Below are positions 1-11,001 of a stretch of DNA of 64,000 nucleotides, in pieces. The stretch covers positions 434,001 through 498,000 of the forward strand of contig JASTWF010000035.1 of assembly GCA_030390025.1 (NCBI GenBank), given 5' to 3'. The translations under genes were made by a program, and so were the position numbers. The stretch comes from Squalus acanthias (Eukaryota). A model generated the notes under the pieces. The model was not told the DNA's origin, ran no database searches, and worked only from the letters and a program-made list of their open reading frames with translations. How positions within the stretch are numbered: position 1 is the first letter of the stretch; each line of letters starts with the position of its first letter.

Positions 1-1862
1 GGAGGGATGTTGTAAGGAGAGAGGGATGTTGTAAAGGAGAGAGGGAGGGAGGGATGTTGTAAAGAGAGAGAGGGAGGGGAGGTTGTTGTAAACAGAGAGA
101 GGGAGGGATGTTGTAAAGAGAGAGAGGGAGGGATGTTGTAAAGGAAAGAGAGGGGGAGGGATGTTGTAAAGGAGAGAGGGAGGGAGGGATGTTGTAAAGG
201 AGAGAGGGAGGGAGGGATGTTGTAAAGGAGAGAGAGGGGGAGGGATGTTGTAAAGGAGAGAGAGAGAGGGATGTTGTAAAGGAGAGAGAGGGAGGGATGG
301 TGTAAAGGAGAGAGGGAGGCATGCATAGGAGAGAGAGAGGGAGGGATGTTGTAAGGAGAGAGAGAGAGGGAGGGATGTAGAGAGAGAGAGGGAGGGATGT
401 TGTAAAGGAGAGAGAGAGAGAGGGATGTTGTAAAGGAGAGAGAGGGAGGGATGTTGTAGAGAGAGAGAGAGAGGGATGTTGTAAAGGAGAGAGAGAGAGG
501 GATGTTGTAAAGGAGAGAGAGAGGGATGTTGTAAAGGAGAGAGAGAGAGAGGGATGTAAAGGAGAGAGAGAGAGGGATGTTGTAAAGGAGAGAGAGAGAG
601 GGATGTTGTAAAGGAGAGAGAGAGGGATGTTGTAAAGGAGAGAGGGAGGAATGTTCTAAAGGAGAGAGAGAGGGATGTTGTAAAGGAGAGAGAGAGAGGG
701 GGATGTTGTAAAGAAGAGAGAGAGGGATGTTGTAAAGGAGAGAGAGAGAAGGATGTTGTAAAGGAGAGAGAGAGAGAGAGGGATGTTGTAAAGGAGAGAG
801 AGGGATGTTCTAAAGGAGAGAGAGAGAGAGAGGGATGTTGTAAAGGAGAGAGAGAGAGAGGGATGTTGTAAAGGAGAGAGAGAGAGAGGGATGTTGTAAA
901 GAAGAGAGAGAGGGATGTTGTAAAGGAGAGAGAGGGATGTTGTAAAGGAGAGAGGGAGGAATGTTCTAAAGGAGAGAGAGAGGGATGTTGTAAAGGAGAG
1001 AGAGAGAGAGGGATGTTGTAAAGGAGAGAGAGAGAGGGATGTTGTAAAGGAGAGAGAGAGAGAGGGATGTTGTAAAGGAGAGAGAGAGAGAGAGGGATGT
1101 TGTAAAGGAGAGAGAGAGAGAGGGATGTTGTAAAGGAGAGAGAGAGAGAGGGATGTTGTAAAGAAGAGAGAGAGGGATGTTGTAAAGGAGAGAGAGGGAT
1201 TTTGTAAAGGAGAGAGAGGGATGTTGTAAAGGAGAGAGAGAGAGAGGGATGTTGTAAAGGAGAGAGAGAGAGAGAGAGGGATGTTGTAAAGGAGAGAGAG
1301 AGGGATGTTGTAAAGGAGAGAGAGAGAGAGGGATGTTGTAAAGGAGAGAGAGAGAGAGGGATGTTGTAAAGGAGAGAGAGGGATGTTGTAAAGGAGAGAG
1401 AGAGAGAGAGGGATGTTGTAAAGGAGAGAGAGAGAGGGATGTTGTAAAGGAGAGAGAGAGAGGGATGTTGTAAAGGAGAGAGAGGGATGTTGTAAAGGAG
1501 AGAGAGAGGGATGTTGTAAAGGAGAGAGAGAGAGGGATGTTGTAAAGGAGAGAGAGAGAGGGATGTTGTAAAGGAGAGAGAGAGGGATGTTGTAAAGGAG
1601 AGAGAGAGAGGGATGTTGTAAAGGAGAGAGAGAGGGATGTTGTAAAGGAGAGAGAGAGAGGGATGTTGTAAAGGAGAGAGAGAGAGAGGGATGTTGTAAA
1701 GGAGAGAGAGAGGGATGTTGTAAAGGAGAGAGAGAGAGGGATGTTGTAAAGGAGAGAGAGAGGGATGTTGTAAAGGAGAGAGAGAGAGGGGATGTTGTAA
1801 AGGAGAGAGAGAGAGGGGGATGTTGTAAAGAGAGAGAGAGAGAGGGATGTTGTAAAGGAGGA
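1..1862. repeat. Purine-rich tandem repeat, unit GGGATGTTGTAAAG(GA)n of variable length
   Basis: Directly visible tandem array; the 302-aa ORF over it is a translation artefact. Confidence 0.97.
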
Positions 1863-1872
1863 GTCCCCCCTC

Positions 1873-2017
1873 ATAGAATCATTAGTACAGCACAGGAGGC
1901 CATTCGGCCCATCGAGTCTGCGCCGGCTCTTTCGAAGAGCAATCCAGTCAGTCCCACTCCCGCTCTTTCCCCATATCCCTGCAGTTTTTTCTCCTTCCAG
2001 TATTTAGCCAGTTCCCT
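1873..2017 (-). mobile_element. CR1 LINE 3' terminal fragment
   Basis: ATAGAATC...GGAGGCCATTCGGCCC is the reverse complement of the CR1 3' UTR seen elsewhere in the window (27640-27680, 34620-34668). Confidence 0.7.
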
Positions 2018-2077
2018 AAAGGAAAAGCGTTGTGTTTTGGAGCTTCATTGCCGTGAGCCTTTTTCCTGTGTGCCCAG

Positions 2078-2317
2078 GGATCGGGAGGTACATCGCTCAG
2101 GACTTTGCCCAGAGAAATGCTCGTGTGATCCTGGCCTGCCGTAGTTTGCAGCGAGGACAGAGAGCGGAGCGAGAGATACGGCGCAGGACGGGGAACAGTA
2201 ACGTTCACCTGCGCATTCTGGACACCAGCTCCATGGAATCGGTGAGGAACTTCACGGAGCGGATTAAGAAGGAGGAGAAACGGCTGGATATCCTTGTAAA
2301 TAACGCAGCCACTGCAG
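2078..2317 (+). CDS. Internal exon A of a retinol dehydrogenase-like SDR (RDH11/12/13/14 group)
   Basis: cag| acceptor at 2075-2077 and G|gtaatg donor; encodes (G)IGRYIAQDFAQRNARVILACRS...RLDILVNNAATA, the Rossmann-fold end of GxxxGxG, ACR and the NNA motif. Confidence 0.93.
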
Positions 2318-2537
2318 GTAATGTGCAACAGTGTAGAATAGGGTTTTAATAGGATTGCTTATAAAAATACTTTATTGAAATAGAAGTAAATAAGGAACAT
2401 TTTCAATGCAAAATAGATGAATGTAAAGAACATCATAACCTGTATTCCTATAGGTCGCCTCAGCTGTAGGGAGATCATTATGTTAAGGAGAATAATTAGT
2501 TAATATCGTGTGACACGGCCACATCAAATCAACATTT

Positions 2538-2821
2538 TGTTGAGGCTGCCGCGAACCACGAATGGAGGCTGAATCCATATGTGGAAAACAAGAAACTTTT
2601 ATTCACTGCATGGCACACAAAATGGCTGAGAAAGCTGCTCCCAGAATTCTCTGGAAAAACTCCCAGTATTCTCTGGAAAAACTCCCAGAATTCTCTGTGT
2701 AAAACCTGAGGCCCCGCCCCCTTCTGCCTTAAAGGTAAGGTGCCTGAAAGGGGAAGGTGCTGGAAATTTGTCCACAGACGGAAGAGTGGATTATGCCCAT
2801 TTTAGGTGGTGATCCGCCACA
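2538..2821 (-). repeat. Gypsy 3' LTR (284 bp, with an internal 22-bp duplication)
   Basis: Direct repeat of 7747-8008 with about 6 substitutions plus the 22-bp duplication. Confidence 0.93.
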
Positions 2822-2987
2822 CAGCTCCCCCCAGAATCCATTTAGGAGGTGTGGACGAGACGGTGCGACGGTCTGATGGGCTGGCCAGAGCGGCTCTTGT
2901 AGGACGCCGGTGGATGTGGAACGGCCGGGCGTGGAGCAGCCGGGTGAACCGGCTTGAGGGCAGGTCGGCCGCGTGGAGGTGGACGAG

Positions 2988-5579
2988 CTACAGCGACCTT
3001 TCCCCGGGCTCCGAGTGTGCTGGCTTGAGTCGGTCCACCGACACTTTTTCGGTCCTGTCGCCCACTTGCAGGGTGAAAAATTTGTCCCCAGCCTGTAGCA
3101 CCTTGTAGGGCCCATCGTACGGGGGTTGAAGGGGTCCGCGGTGGGCGTCGTGCCGGACGAAAACAAACCGTGCCTGGTGCAGGCTTAGTGGGACGTGTGA
3201 GGTGGATTCGCCATGTCGGGCAATGGGCACCGGGGCGAACTGCAGCGCCGGTGATGCGAAGTCGTGGCGTTGCTGGTCGGCTGACCAGGGTGTCGTGGCG
3301 ATGGGCAGGAACTCGCCGGGTACGCGCAGCGGCTGACCGTACACGAGCTCTGCTGCCGATGCGTGGAGGTCTTCTTTAACCGCGGTGCGCAGGCCGAGGA
3401 GGACCCACGGAAGTCGGTCGGTCCAGGCGCCGTCTTGGAGGCTGGCTCGAAGAGATGCCTTAAAGGATCTGTGGAACCGCTCACACAGTCCGTTGGCTTG
3501 GGGGTGGTACGCTGTGGTGCGGTGGATGGTCACCCCAAGATTGCGTGCGACGGCGGTCCAGAGTTCAGAAGTAAATTGCGGACCTCTGTCCGACGTCATG
3601 TCGGAGGGGAAGCCGAACCGTGTGACCCAGGTGCTGACGAAGGCTCTGGCGATGTCGGCGGTGGTGGTAGAGGTCAGTGGAATTGCCTCAGGCCAGCGTG
3701 TGGTGCGGTCAACGATGGTCAGCAAGTGCGTGTGGCCTTGCGACGGCGGCAGGGGCCCGACGATGTCCACGTGGATGTGGTCGAATCTCCGCGAGGGGAC
3801 GGTAAACTCCTCGAGGGGTGCTTTCGTGTGTTGCTGTACCTTGGCCTGTTGGCAGGATAGGCAGGAGTTGGCCCAAGTACGCACATCCTTGCGAAGGCCG
3901 CGCCAGACAAAGCGGTTGGCTACCAATTTGATGGATGCACGGGCGCCGGGGTGGGAGAGGTTGTGGAGAAGGCCGAATACCCGGCGGCGCCAGGATGCTG
4001 GGACGACGGGCCGAGGTTGACATAGGGATATGTCGCACTTGACCGTGACTGTGGTCGGGCCACAGGCGACGTCAGCCAGGCGTAGCCCTGGTAGGTTGGT
4101 GGGTGCGGAGAGCAGATCCGGGTTGGTGATCTGGTCTGCTGCGAGTTGAGCGTAGTCGACTGCTAGGTGTGCGGCGTGGATGGCGGGGCGGGAGAGGCAG
4201 TCGGCTACCACATTGTCTCGGCCGGAGACGTGTTGGATGTCCGTGGTGAACTCAGACACTGCCGCGAGCTGGCGCTGCTGCCTGGCGGACCAGGGGTCGG
4301 TTGTCTTTGCCATTGCGAATGTCAGGGGCTTGTGGTCGACAAACGCAGTGAAGGGGTGGCCCTCAAGCAAAAACTGGAAATGGCGGACCGCCAGGAACAG
4401 CGCGAGGAGCTCGCGGTCGAAGGTGCTGTACTTGACCTCCGGGGGGCGTAGTTGGCGGCTGAAGAAGGCAAGTGGTTGCCAGGCGCCGTCGACCCACTGC
4501 TCATACACGGCGCCGACCGCGTGGTCGGAGGCGTCCGTGGTGAGCGCTACCCTGGCATTAGGCCGTGGGTGCGCGAGCAGGGTGGCGTTGGCGAGCGCGG
4601 TCTTGGTGGAATCGAAGGCGGCGGACGCGTCTGCCGTCCATTCGACCGCCATCTTGCCGCTCCTGCCCCAGAGGGCTTCATACAGGGGCCTCATGAGGGA
4701 CGCCGCTTTGGGGATGAAGCGGTTGTAAAAATTCACCATCCCGAGGAACTCCTGGAGGCCTTTGATGGTGGTGGGGCGGGGAAATTGTTGGACGGCCTGC
4801 ACCTTGGTGGGCAGGGGAATGGCCCCAGCATGGTTGATGTGGTGGCCGAGGAAGTCGATCTTGTCCAGGCCGAACTGGCATTTGGCTGGGCTGAGGATGA
4901 GCCTGTGGTCGCTGAGGCGCCCGAACAGGATGCAAAGGTGTTTGAGGTGTTCCTGCTTGGAGGAACTGGCTACCAGGATGTCGTCCGGGTAGATGAACAG
5001 GAACTTCAGGTCCCGAAGGACCGAGTCCATGAGCCGTTGGAATGCCTGGGCCGCGTTTTTGAGGCCGAAGGGCATCCGCAGGAACTCGAACAGGCCGAAG
5101 GGGGTGATTACGGCCATCTTGGGGACATCCGCGGGGTGGACGAGGACTTGGTGGTAGCCGCGCACCAGGTCGACCTTGGAAAAGACTGAGCGGCCGGCCA
5201 GTCTAGCCGAGCAGTCCTGAATGTGCGGCACGGGGTACCGATCAGGGGTGGTGGCGTCATTGAGGCGGCGGTAATCCCCGCAGGGGCGCCAACCTCCGCC
5301 TGGTTTGGGGGCGATGTGGAGTGGGGAGGCCCAGGGACTGTTGGAGCGGCGGATGATGCCGAGCTGTTCCATGGTGGCAAACTCGGTCCGCGCGATCTCC
5401 AGTTTGGCTGGGTCCAGCCTGCGGGCGTGGGCGTACACTGGGGGGCCTGTGGTGGGGATGAAGTGTTCCACCCCGTGTTTGGCGGCCTCCGTGGAGAAGG
5501 TCGGATTGGTAAGGGCCGGGAATTCGGCCAGGAGTGCCGAGTAGTCATCCGTGGCCCGGGCGTGGCACTGTGACGCCAT
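2988..5579 (-). CDS. pol: Gypsy Pol (RT, RNase H, integrase, GPY/F); RT motif reads YPDD; out of frame with the upstream protease remnant
   Basis: SPWASPL, DYRRLN, MPFGLKNA, YPDD, TDAS, HHCC zinc finger, HVDIVG / SDRG / NGLCER (D,D35E), YDGPY. Confidence 0.92.
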   Translation of the reverse strand: MASQCHARATDDYSALLAEFPALTNPTFSTEAAKHGVEHFIPTTGPPVYAHARRLDPAKLEIARTEFATMEQLGIIRRSNSPWASPLHIAPKPGGGWRPCGDYRRLNDATTPDRYPVPHIQDCSARLAGRSVFSKVDLVRGYHQVLVHPADVPKMAVITPFGLFEFLRMPFGLKNAAQAFQRLMDSVLRDLKFLFIYPDDILVASSSKQEHLKHLCILFGRLSDHRLILSPAKCQFGLDKIDFLGHHINHAGAIPLPTKVQAVQQFPRPTTIKGLQEFLGMVNFYNRFIPKAASLMRPLYEALWGRSGKMAVEWTADASAAFDSTKTALANATLLAHPRPNARVALTTDASDHAVGAVYEQWVDGAWQPLAFFSRQLRPPEVKYSTFDRELLALFLAVRHFQFLLEGHPFTAFVDHKPLTFAMAKTTDPWSARQQRQLAAVSEFTTDIQHVSGRDNVVADCLSRPAIHAAHLAVDYAQLAADQITNPDLLSAPTNLPGLRLADVACGPTTVTVKCDISLCQPRPVVPASWRRRVFGLLHNLSHPGARASIKLVANRFVWRGLRKDVRTWANSCLSCQQAKVQQHTKAPLEEFTVPSRRFDHIHVDIVGPLPPSQGHTHLLTIVDRTTRWPEAIPLTSTTTADIARAFVSTWVTRFGFPSDMTSDRGPQFTSELWTAVARNLGVTIHRTTAYHPQANGLCERFHRSFKASLRASLQDGAWTDRLPWVLLGLRTAVKEDLHASAAELVYGQPLRVPGEFLPIATTPWSADQQRHDFASPALQFAPVPIARHGESTSHVPLSLHQARFVFVRHDAHRGPLQPPYDGPYKVLQAGDKFFTLQVGDRTEKVSVDRLKPAHSEPGERSL

Positions 5580-5780
5580 GTCGGCGGGGGGCCATGGCGC
5601 CCAGGATGGGGGATATGGTGTTCATGTCCATGAGGCGGTGACGAGGGATGTCTACCAGTAGGCCGTGGGCGCACAGGAAATCTGCGCCGATGAGGGGGGA
5701 GAGCACCTTGGCAGAGATGAACTCCCATCGGTAGCGGTGACCAGCGAGGTCGAGGGTGACTGTCCGGGTGCCATACGTCC

Positions 5781-5811
5781 GGGTTAGGGTTAGGGTTAGG
5801 GTTAGGGTTAG
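5781..5811 (+). repeat. Short interstitial telomeric tract (GGGTTA)5G
   Basis: Perfect TTAGGG repeats at the Gypsy/CR1 junction; second copy at 11215-11245. Confidence 0.97.
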
Positions 5812-7485
5812 ATAACCAATCCTCCACCCATGCCAGAATATTACCCCCAATCCAGTGATTTTTTATCTTGAGTAATAATCTTTTATGTGGCACCTTGTCG
5901 AATGCCATCTGGAAGTCTAAATACACTACATCCACTGGTTCCCCTTTATCCACCCTGTACGTTATGTCCTCAAAGAACTCGAGCAAATTTGTCAGACATG
6001 ACTGCCCCTTCATAAAGCTATGCTGACTTTGTCCTATTAAATTATGTTTATCTAAATGTTCCGTTACTGTTTCCTTAATAATAGACTCCAAAATTTTACC
6101 CACCACAGATGTTAGGCTAACTGGTCTATAATTTCCAGCCTTCTGCCGACAACCCTTTTTAAATAAGGGTGTTACATTAGCAGTTTTCCAATTTGCCGGG
6201 ATCTTTGCTGAGTTCAGGGAGTTTTGGAAAATTATTACCAAAGCATCCACAATTCCTGCTGCCACTTCCCTCAAGACCCTAGGATGTAAGCCATCAGGTC
6301 CAGGGGATTTATCTGCCTTGAGTCCCATTATTTTACTGAGTACCAATTCCTTAGTGATTTTAATCGTATTTAGCTCCTCCCCCACTAGAGCCCCCTGTTT
6401 GTCCAGTGTTGGGATATTCTTAGTGTCCTCTACCGTAAAGACTGAAACAAAATATTTGTTCAGCATTTTTGCCATCTCCATGTTTCCCACCATTAATTTC
6501 CCGGTCTCATCCTCTAAGGGACCTACGGTTGCCTTAACCACCCTTTTTCTTTTTATATAACTATAGAAACTCTTGCAATCTGTTTTTATATTTTTTGCTA
6601 ATTTATTTTCATAGTCTATTTTCCCTTTCTTAATCAATACTTTAGTTACTTTTTGTTGTCTTTTGAAGACTTCCCAATCTTCTATCCTCCCACTAACTTT
6701 GGCTACCTTATATGTCCTTGCTTTTAGTTGGATACTTTCTTTAATTTCTTTACTTCGCCATGGATGGCTGTCATTTCTTTTACACCCTTTTTTCCTCAGT
6801 GGAATATATTTATTTTGAAAGTTGTAAAATAACTCCTTGAATGTACACCACTGCTCATGTACCGTCTTACCCTTTAATCTATTTTCCCAGTCCGCTTTCA
6901 TCAATTCTGCTCTCATGCCATCATAGTCTCCTTTATTCAAGCTCAGTATGCTTGTTTGAGAACCAACCTTCTCACCCTCTAATTGGATATGGAATTCAAC
7001 CATGTTATGGTCACTCATTCCAAGGGGATCCTTAACTAGGACATTATTAATTAATCCAGACTCATTACACAGTACCAGGTCCAAGGTTGCTTGCCCCCTT
7101 GTAGGATCAGTTACATACTGCTCAAGAAATCCATCCCTAAGACACTCAATAAACTCTTCCGCAAGGCTGCCCTGCCCAATTTGATTTGTCCAGTTAATAT
7201 GATAGTTAAAATCCCCCATAATTATAGCTGTTCCCTTATTACATGCCCCAACTATTTCCTGATTAATACTTCTTCCAACAGAGTTGCAACTATTAGGAGA
7301 CCTATATACTACGCCCACCAGTGTTTTTTTCCCCTTATTATTCCTTATCTCTACCCAAACTGTTTCATTATCCTAATCTTTTGACCCAATATCATTTCTC
7401 TGTATTACAGTGATTCCTTCCTTTATTAACATAGCCACCCCCACCTCCCCTTCCCCTTCCTTCCTGCCTGTCCTTCCTGATTGTC
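5812..7485 (-). mobile_element. Internal CR1 ORF2 fragment (part of the endonuclease to the N-terminal RT) inside the Gypsy element
   Basis: IMGDFN, SDHN, KSPGPDG, NYRPVSLTS, YLDFQ motifs; no CR1 3' tail. Confidence 0.93.
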
Positions 7486-7706
7486 CTGAGGTGTGCGTAC
7501 TTGCCTTCCTCTGGTGGGTTCTGCAGCGTTGTCCAAACCTTGGAAACTGTGGCGCTGCTGAGTAATGTGACGAGATAGTCGTACTTCGTCCCATCTGTGG
7601 TGATATTTCGCAGCCGGAAGCGAGATTCAGCTTGGAGAAACCAGGCTTCGGGCTGGTTTTCCCAAAACTCCGGCAGTTTCACGGAAACTGCGTTCGTGTC
7701 CGCCAT
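7486..7706 (-). pseudogene. gag: Gypsy gag N-terminus, truncated by the CR1 fragment
   Basis: MADTNAVSVKLPEFWENQPEAWFLQAESRF... is a typical Gypsy Gag N-terminus, just downstream of the PBS. Confidence 0.85.
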
Positions 7707-7731
7707 TGCAGTGCTCGGAATACGTTCTGAG

Positions 7732-7745
7732 CGTCGGGGTCACCA
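7732..7745 (-). promoter_or_regulatory. Primer-binding site, tRNA-Trp
   Basis: TGGTGACCCCGACG one base after the LTR; complementary to the vertebrate tRNA-Trp 3' end as recalled. Confidence 0.88.
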
Positions 7746-7746
7746 A

Positions 7747-8008
7747 TGTTGAGGCTGCCGCGAAACACGAATGGAGGCTGAATCCATATGTGGAAAACAA
7801 GAAACTTTTATTCACTGCATGGCACACAAAATGGCTGAGAAAGCTGCTCCCAGAATTCTCTGGAAAAACTCCCAGAATTCTCTGGGTAAAACCTGAGGCC
7901 CCGCCCCCTTCTGCCTTAAAGGTAAAGTGCCTTAAAGGGGAAGGTGCTGGAAATTTGTCCACAGACGGAAGAGTGGATTATGCCCGTTTTAGGTGGCGAT
8001 CCGCCACA
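7747..8008 (-). repeat. Gypsy 5' LTR (262 bp)
   Basis: TG...CA ends, adjacent PBS, flanking TSD. Confidence 0.93.
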
Positions 8009-8364
8009 ATTTAAACATTTTTAACAATCTATTCTCAGTACCAGAACAGGTTGGAAAACATTCTACTGATAATCTCTGCAATAATTTCTGGAATGCACTG
8101 CCTGACAGGGCGGTGGAAGCAGATTCAATAGTTGTAATCTATGTGGGTCCAACAAATGACGGGCAGAGACACGATGAGTGGCAGTCAAGGTGCTTGTTTA
8201 CTCGGCCAGAGCGGACTGAGCATGCTCACACTAAACCACGTGACAAATCATGTGACAATATATCACACTGTTAATACCAGGTTTGCAGAGCCTTCCTGAT
8301 CTCCTTACAGAAGGTTTTGGCATTTTCCGAGTCTCTCATTATAACTATCTCCGTTCATCACAGA

Positions 8365-11000
8365 TCCCACTCTGGCCCTGTTCCCAGTCTGATCCTGGAC
8401 TTTCAGTCCCACTCCCGCCCTGTTCCCAGTATGATCCTGGACTCTCAGTCCCACTCCCGCCCTGTTCCCAGTCTGATCCAGGACTCGGTCCCACTCCCGC
8501 TCTGTTCCCAGTCTGATCCTGGACTCTCAGTTCCACTCCGCCCTGTTCCCAGTCTGATCCTGGACTCTCAGTCCCACTCCCGCTCTGTTCCCAGTCTGAT
8601 CCTGGACTCTCATTCCCACTCCGTCCTGTTCCCAGTCTGATCCTGGATTCTCAGTCCCACTCCGCCCTGTTCCCAGTCTGATCCAGGACTCGGTCCCACT
8701 CCGCCCTGTTCCCAGTCTGATCCTGGACTCTCAGTCCCACTCCCGCCCTGTTCACAGTCTGATCCTGGACTCTCAGTCCCACTCCCGCCCTGTTCCCAGT
8801 CTGATCCTGGATTCTCAGTCCCACTCACACCCTGTTCCCAGTCTGATCCTGGACTCTCAGTCCCACTCCCGCCCTGTTCCCAGTCTGATCCTGGACTCTC
8901 AGTCCCACTCCCGTCCTGTTCCCAGTCTGATCCTGGACTCTCAGTCCCACTCCCGCCCTGTTCCCAGTCTGATCCTGGACTCTCAGTCCCACTCCCGTCG
9001 GGTTCCCAGTCTGATCCTGGACTCTCAGTCCCACTCCCGCCCTGTTCCCAATCTGATCCTGGACTCTCAGTCCCACTCCCGCCCTGTTCCCAGTCTGATC
9101 CTGGACTCTCAGTCCCACTCCGCCCTGTTCCCAGTCTGATCCTGGACTCTCAGTCCCACTCCCATCCTGTTCCCAGTCTAATCCTGGACTCTCAGTCCCA
9201 CTCCCATCCTGTTCCCAGTCTGATCCTGGACTCTCAGTCCCACTCCCGCCCTGTTCCCAGTCTGATCCTGGACTCGGTCCCACTCACACCCTGTTCCCAG
9301 TCTGATCCTGGACTCTCAGTCCCACTCCGCCCTGTTCCCAGTCTGATCCTGGACTCGGTCCCACTCACTACCTGTTCCCAGTCTGATCCTGGACTCTCAG
9401 TCCCACTCCCGCCCTGTTCCCAGTCTGATCCTGGACTCTCAGTCCCACTCCCGCCCTGTTCCCAGTCTGATCCTGGACTCTCAGTCCCACTCCCGCCCTG
9501 TTCCCAGTCTGATCCTGGACTCTCAGTCCCACTCCGCCCTGTTCCCAGTCTGATCCTGGACTCTCAGTCCCACTCCCGCCCTGTTCCCAGTCTGATCCTG
9601 GACTCTCAGTCCCACTCCGCCCTGTTCCCAGTCTGATCCTGGACTCTCAGTCCCACTCCCGCCCTGTTCCCAGTCTGATCCTGGACTCTCAGTCCCACTC
9701 CGCCCTGTTCCCAGTCTGATCCAGGACTCAGTCCCACTCCCGCCCTGTTCCCAGTCTGATCCTGCACTCTCAGTCCCACTCCCGCCCTGTTCCCAGTCTG
9801 ATCCTGGACTCTCAGTCCCACTCACACCCTGTTCCCAGTCTGATCCAGGACTCTCAGTCCCACTCCCACCCTGTTCCCAGTCTGATCCTGGACTCTCAGT
9901 CCCACTCCCGCCCTGTTCCCAGTCTGATCCTGGACTCTCAGTCCCACTCCCGCCCTGTTCCCAGTCTGATCCTGGACTCTCAGTCCCACTCCCGCCCTGT
10001 TCCCAGTCTGATCCTGGACTCTCAGTCCCACTCCCGCCCTGTTCCCAGTCTGATCCTGGACTCTCAGTCCCACTCCGCCCTGTTCCCAGTCTGATCCTGG
10101 ACTCGGTCCCACTCCCGTCCTGTTCCCAGTCTGATCCTGGACTCTCAGTCCCACTCCCGCCCTGTTCCCAGTCTGATCCTGGACTCTCAGTCCCACTCCC
10201 GCTCTGTTCCCAGTCTGATCCTGGACTCTCAGTCCCACTCCCGCCCTGTTCACAGTCTGATCCTGGACTCTCAGTCCCACTCCGCCCTGTTCCCAGTCTG
10301 ATCCTGGACTCTCAGTCCCACTCCGCCCTGTTCCCAGTCTGATCCTGGACTCGGTCCCACTCCCGTCCTGTTCCCAGTCTGATCCTGGACTCTCAGTCCC
10401 ACTCCCGCCCTGTTCCCAGTCTGATCCTGGACTCTCAGTCCCACTCCCGCCCTGTTCCCAGTCTGATCCTGGACTCTCAGTCCACTCCGCCCTGTTCCCA
10501 GTCTGATCCTGGACTCTCAGTCCCACTCCCGTCCTGTTCCCAGTCTGATCCTGGACTCTCAGTCCCACTCCCGCCCTGTTCCCAGTCTGATCCTGGACTC
10601 TCAGTCCCACTCCGCCCTGTTCCCAGTCTGATCCTGGACTCTCAGTCCCACTCCCGCCCTGTTCCCAGTCTGATCCAGGACTCTCAGTCCCACTCCCGCC
10701 CTGTTCCCAGTCTGATCCTGGACTCTCAGTCCCACTCCCGCCCTGTTCCCAGTCTGATCCTGGACTCTCAGTCCCACTCCCGCCCTGTTCCCAGTCTGAT
10801 CCTGGACTCTCAGTCCCACTCCCGCCCTGTTCCCAGTCTGATCCTGGACTCTCAGTCCCACTCCGCCCTGTTCCCAGTCTGATCCTGGACTCTCAGTCCC
10901 ACTTCGCCCTGTTCCCAGTCTGATCCTGGACTCTCAGTCCCACTCCGGCCCTGTTCCCAGTCTGATTCTGGACTCTCAGTCCCACTCCGCCCTGTTCCCC
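8365..11000. repeat. 42-bp minisatellite, array 1 (CTCAGTCCCACTCCCGCCCTGTTCCCAGTCTGATCCTGGACT; 40/41-bp variants)
   Basis: Directly visible tandem array. Confidence 0.98.
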
Positions 11001-11001
11001 T

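Larger units (their letters stand above)
2538..8008 (-). mobile_element. Gypsy/Ty3 LTR retrotransposon, rearranged internally
   Basis: Two TG...CA LTRs, 4-bp TSD ATTT (2534-2537 and 8009-8012), tRNA-Trp PBS, polypurine tract (PPT) GGGGGGAG next to the left LTR, gag start and RT-RH-IN order. Confidence 0.95.

Noticed and set aside
966..1874. 302-aa Ser/Leu-rich ORF
   Set aside because: Translation of the GA-rich tandem repeat.
3170..5573. Many overlapping + strand ORFs
   Set aside because: Antisense shadows of the GC-rich Gypsy pol.
5781..5811. Chromosome end or fusion site
   Set aside because: Only five repeats in a single orientation, inside a TSD-flanked element within a continuous gene.
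5108..7318. 736-aa ORF as a novel fusion protein
   Set aside because: CR1 ORF2 runs through the telomeric tract into an off-frame reading of Gypsy; the duplicate copy has a stop at the junction.
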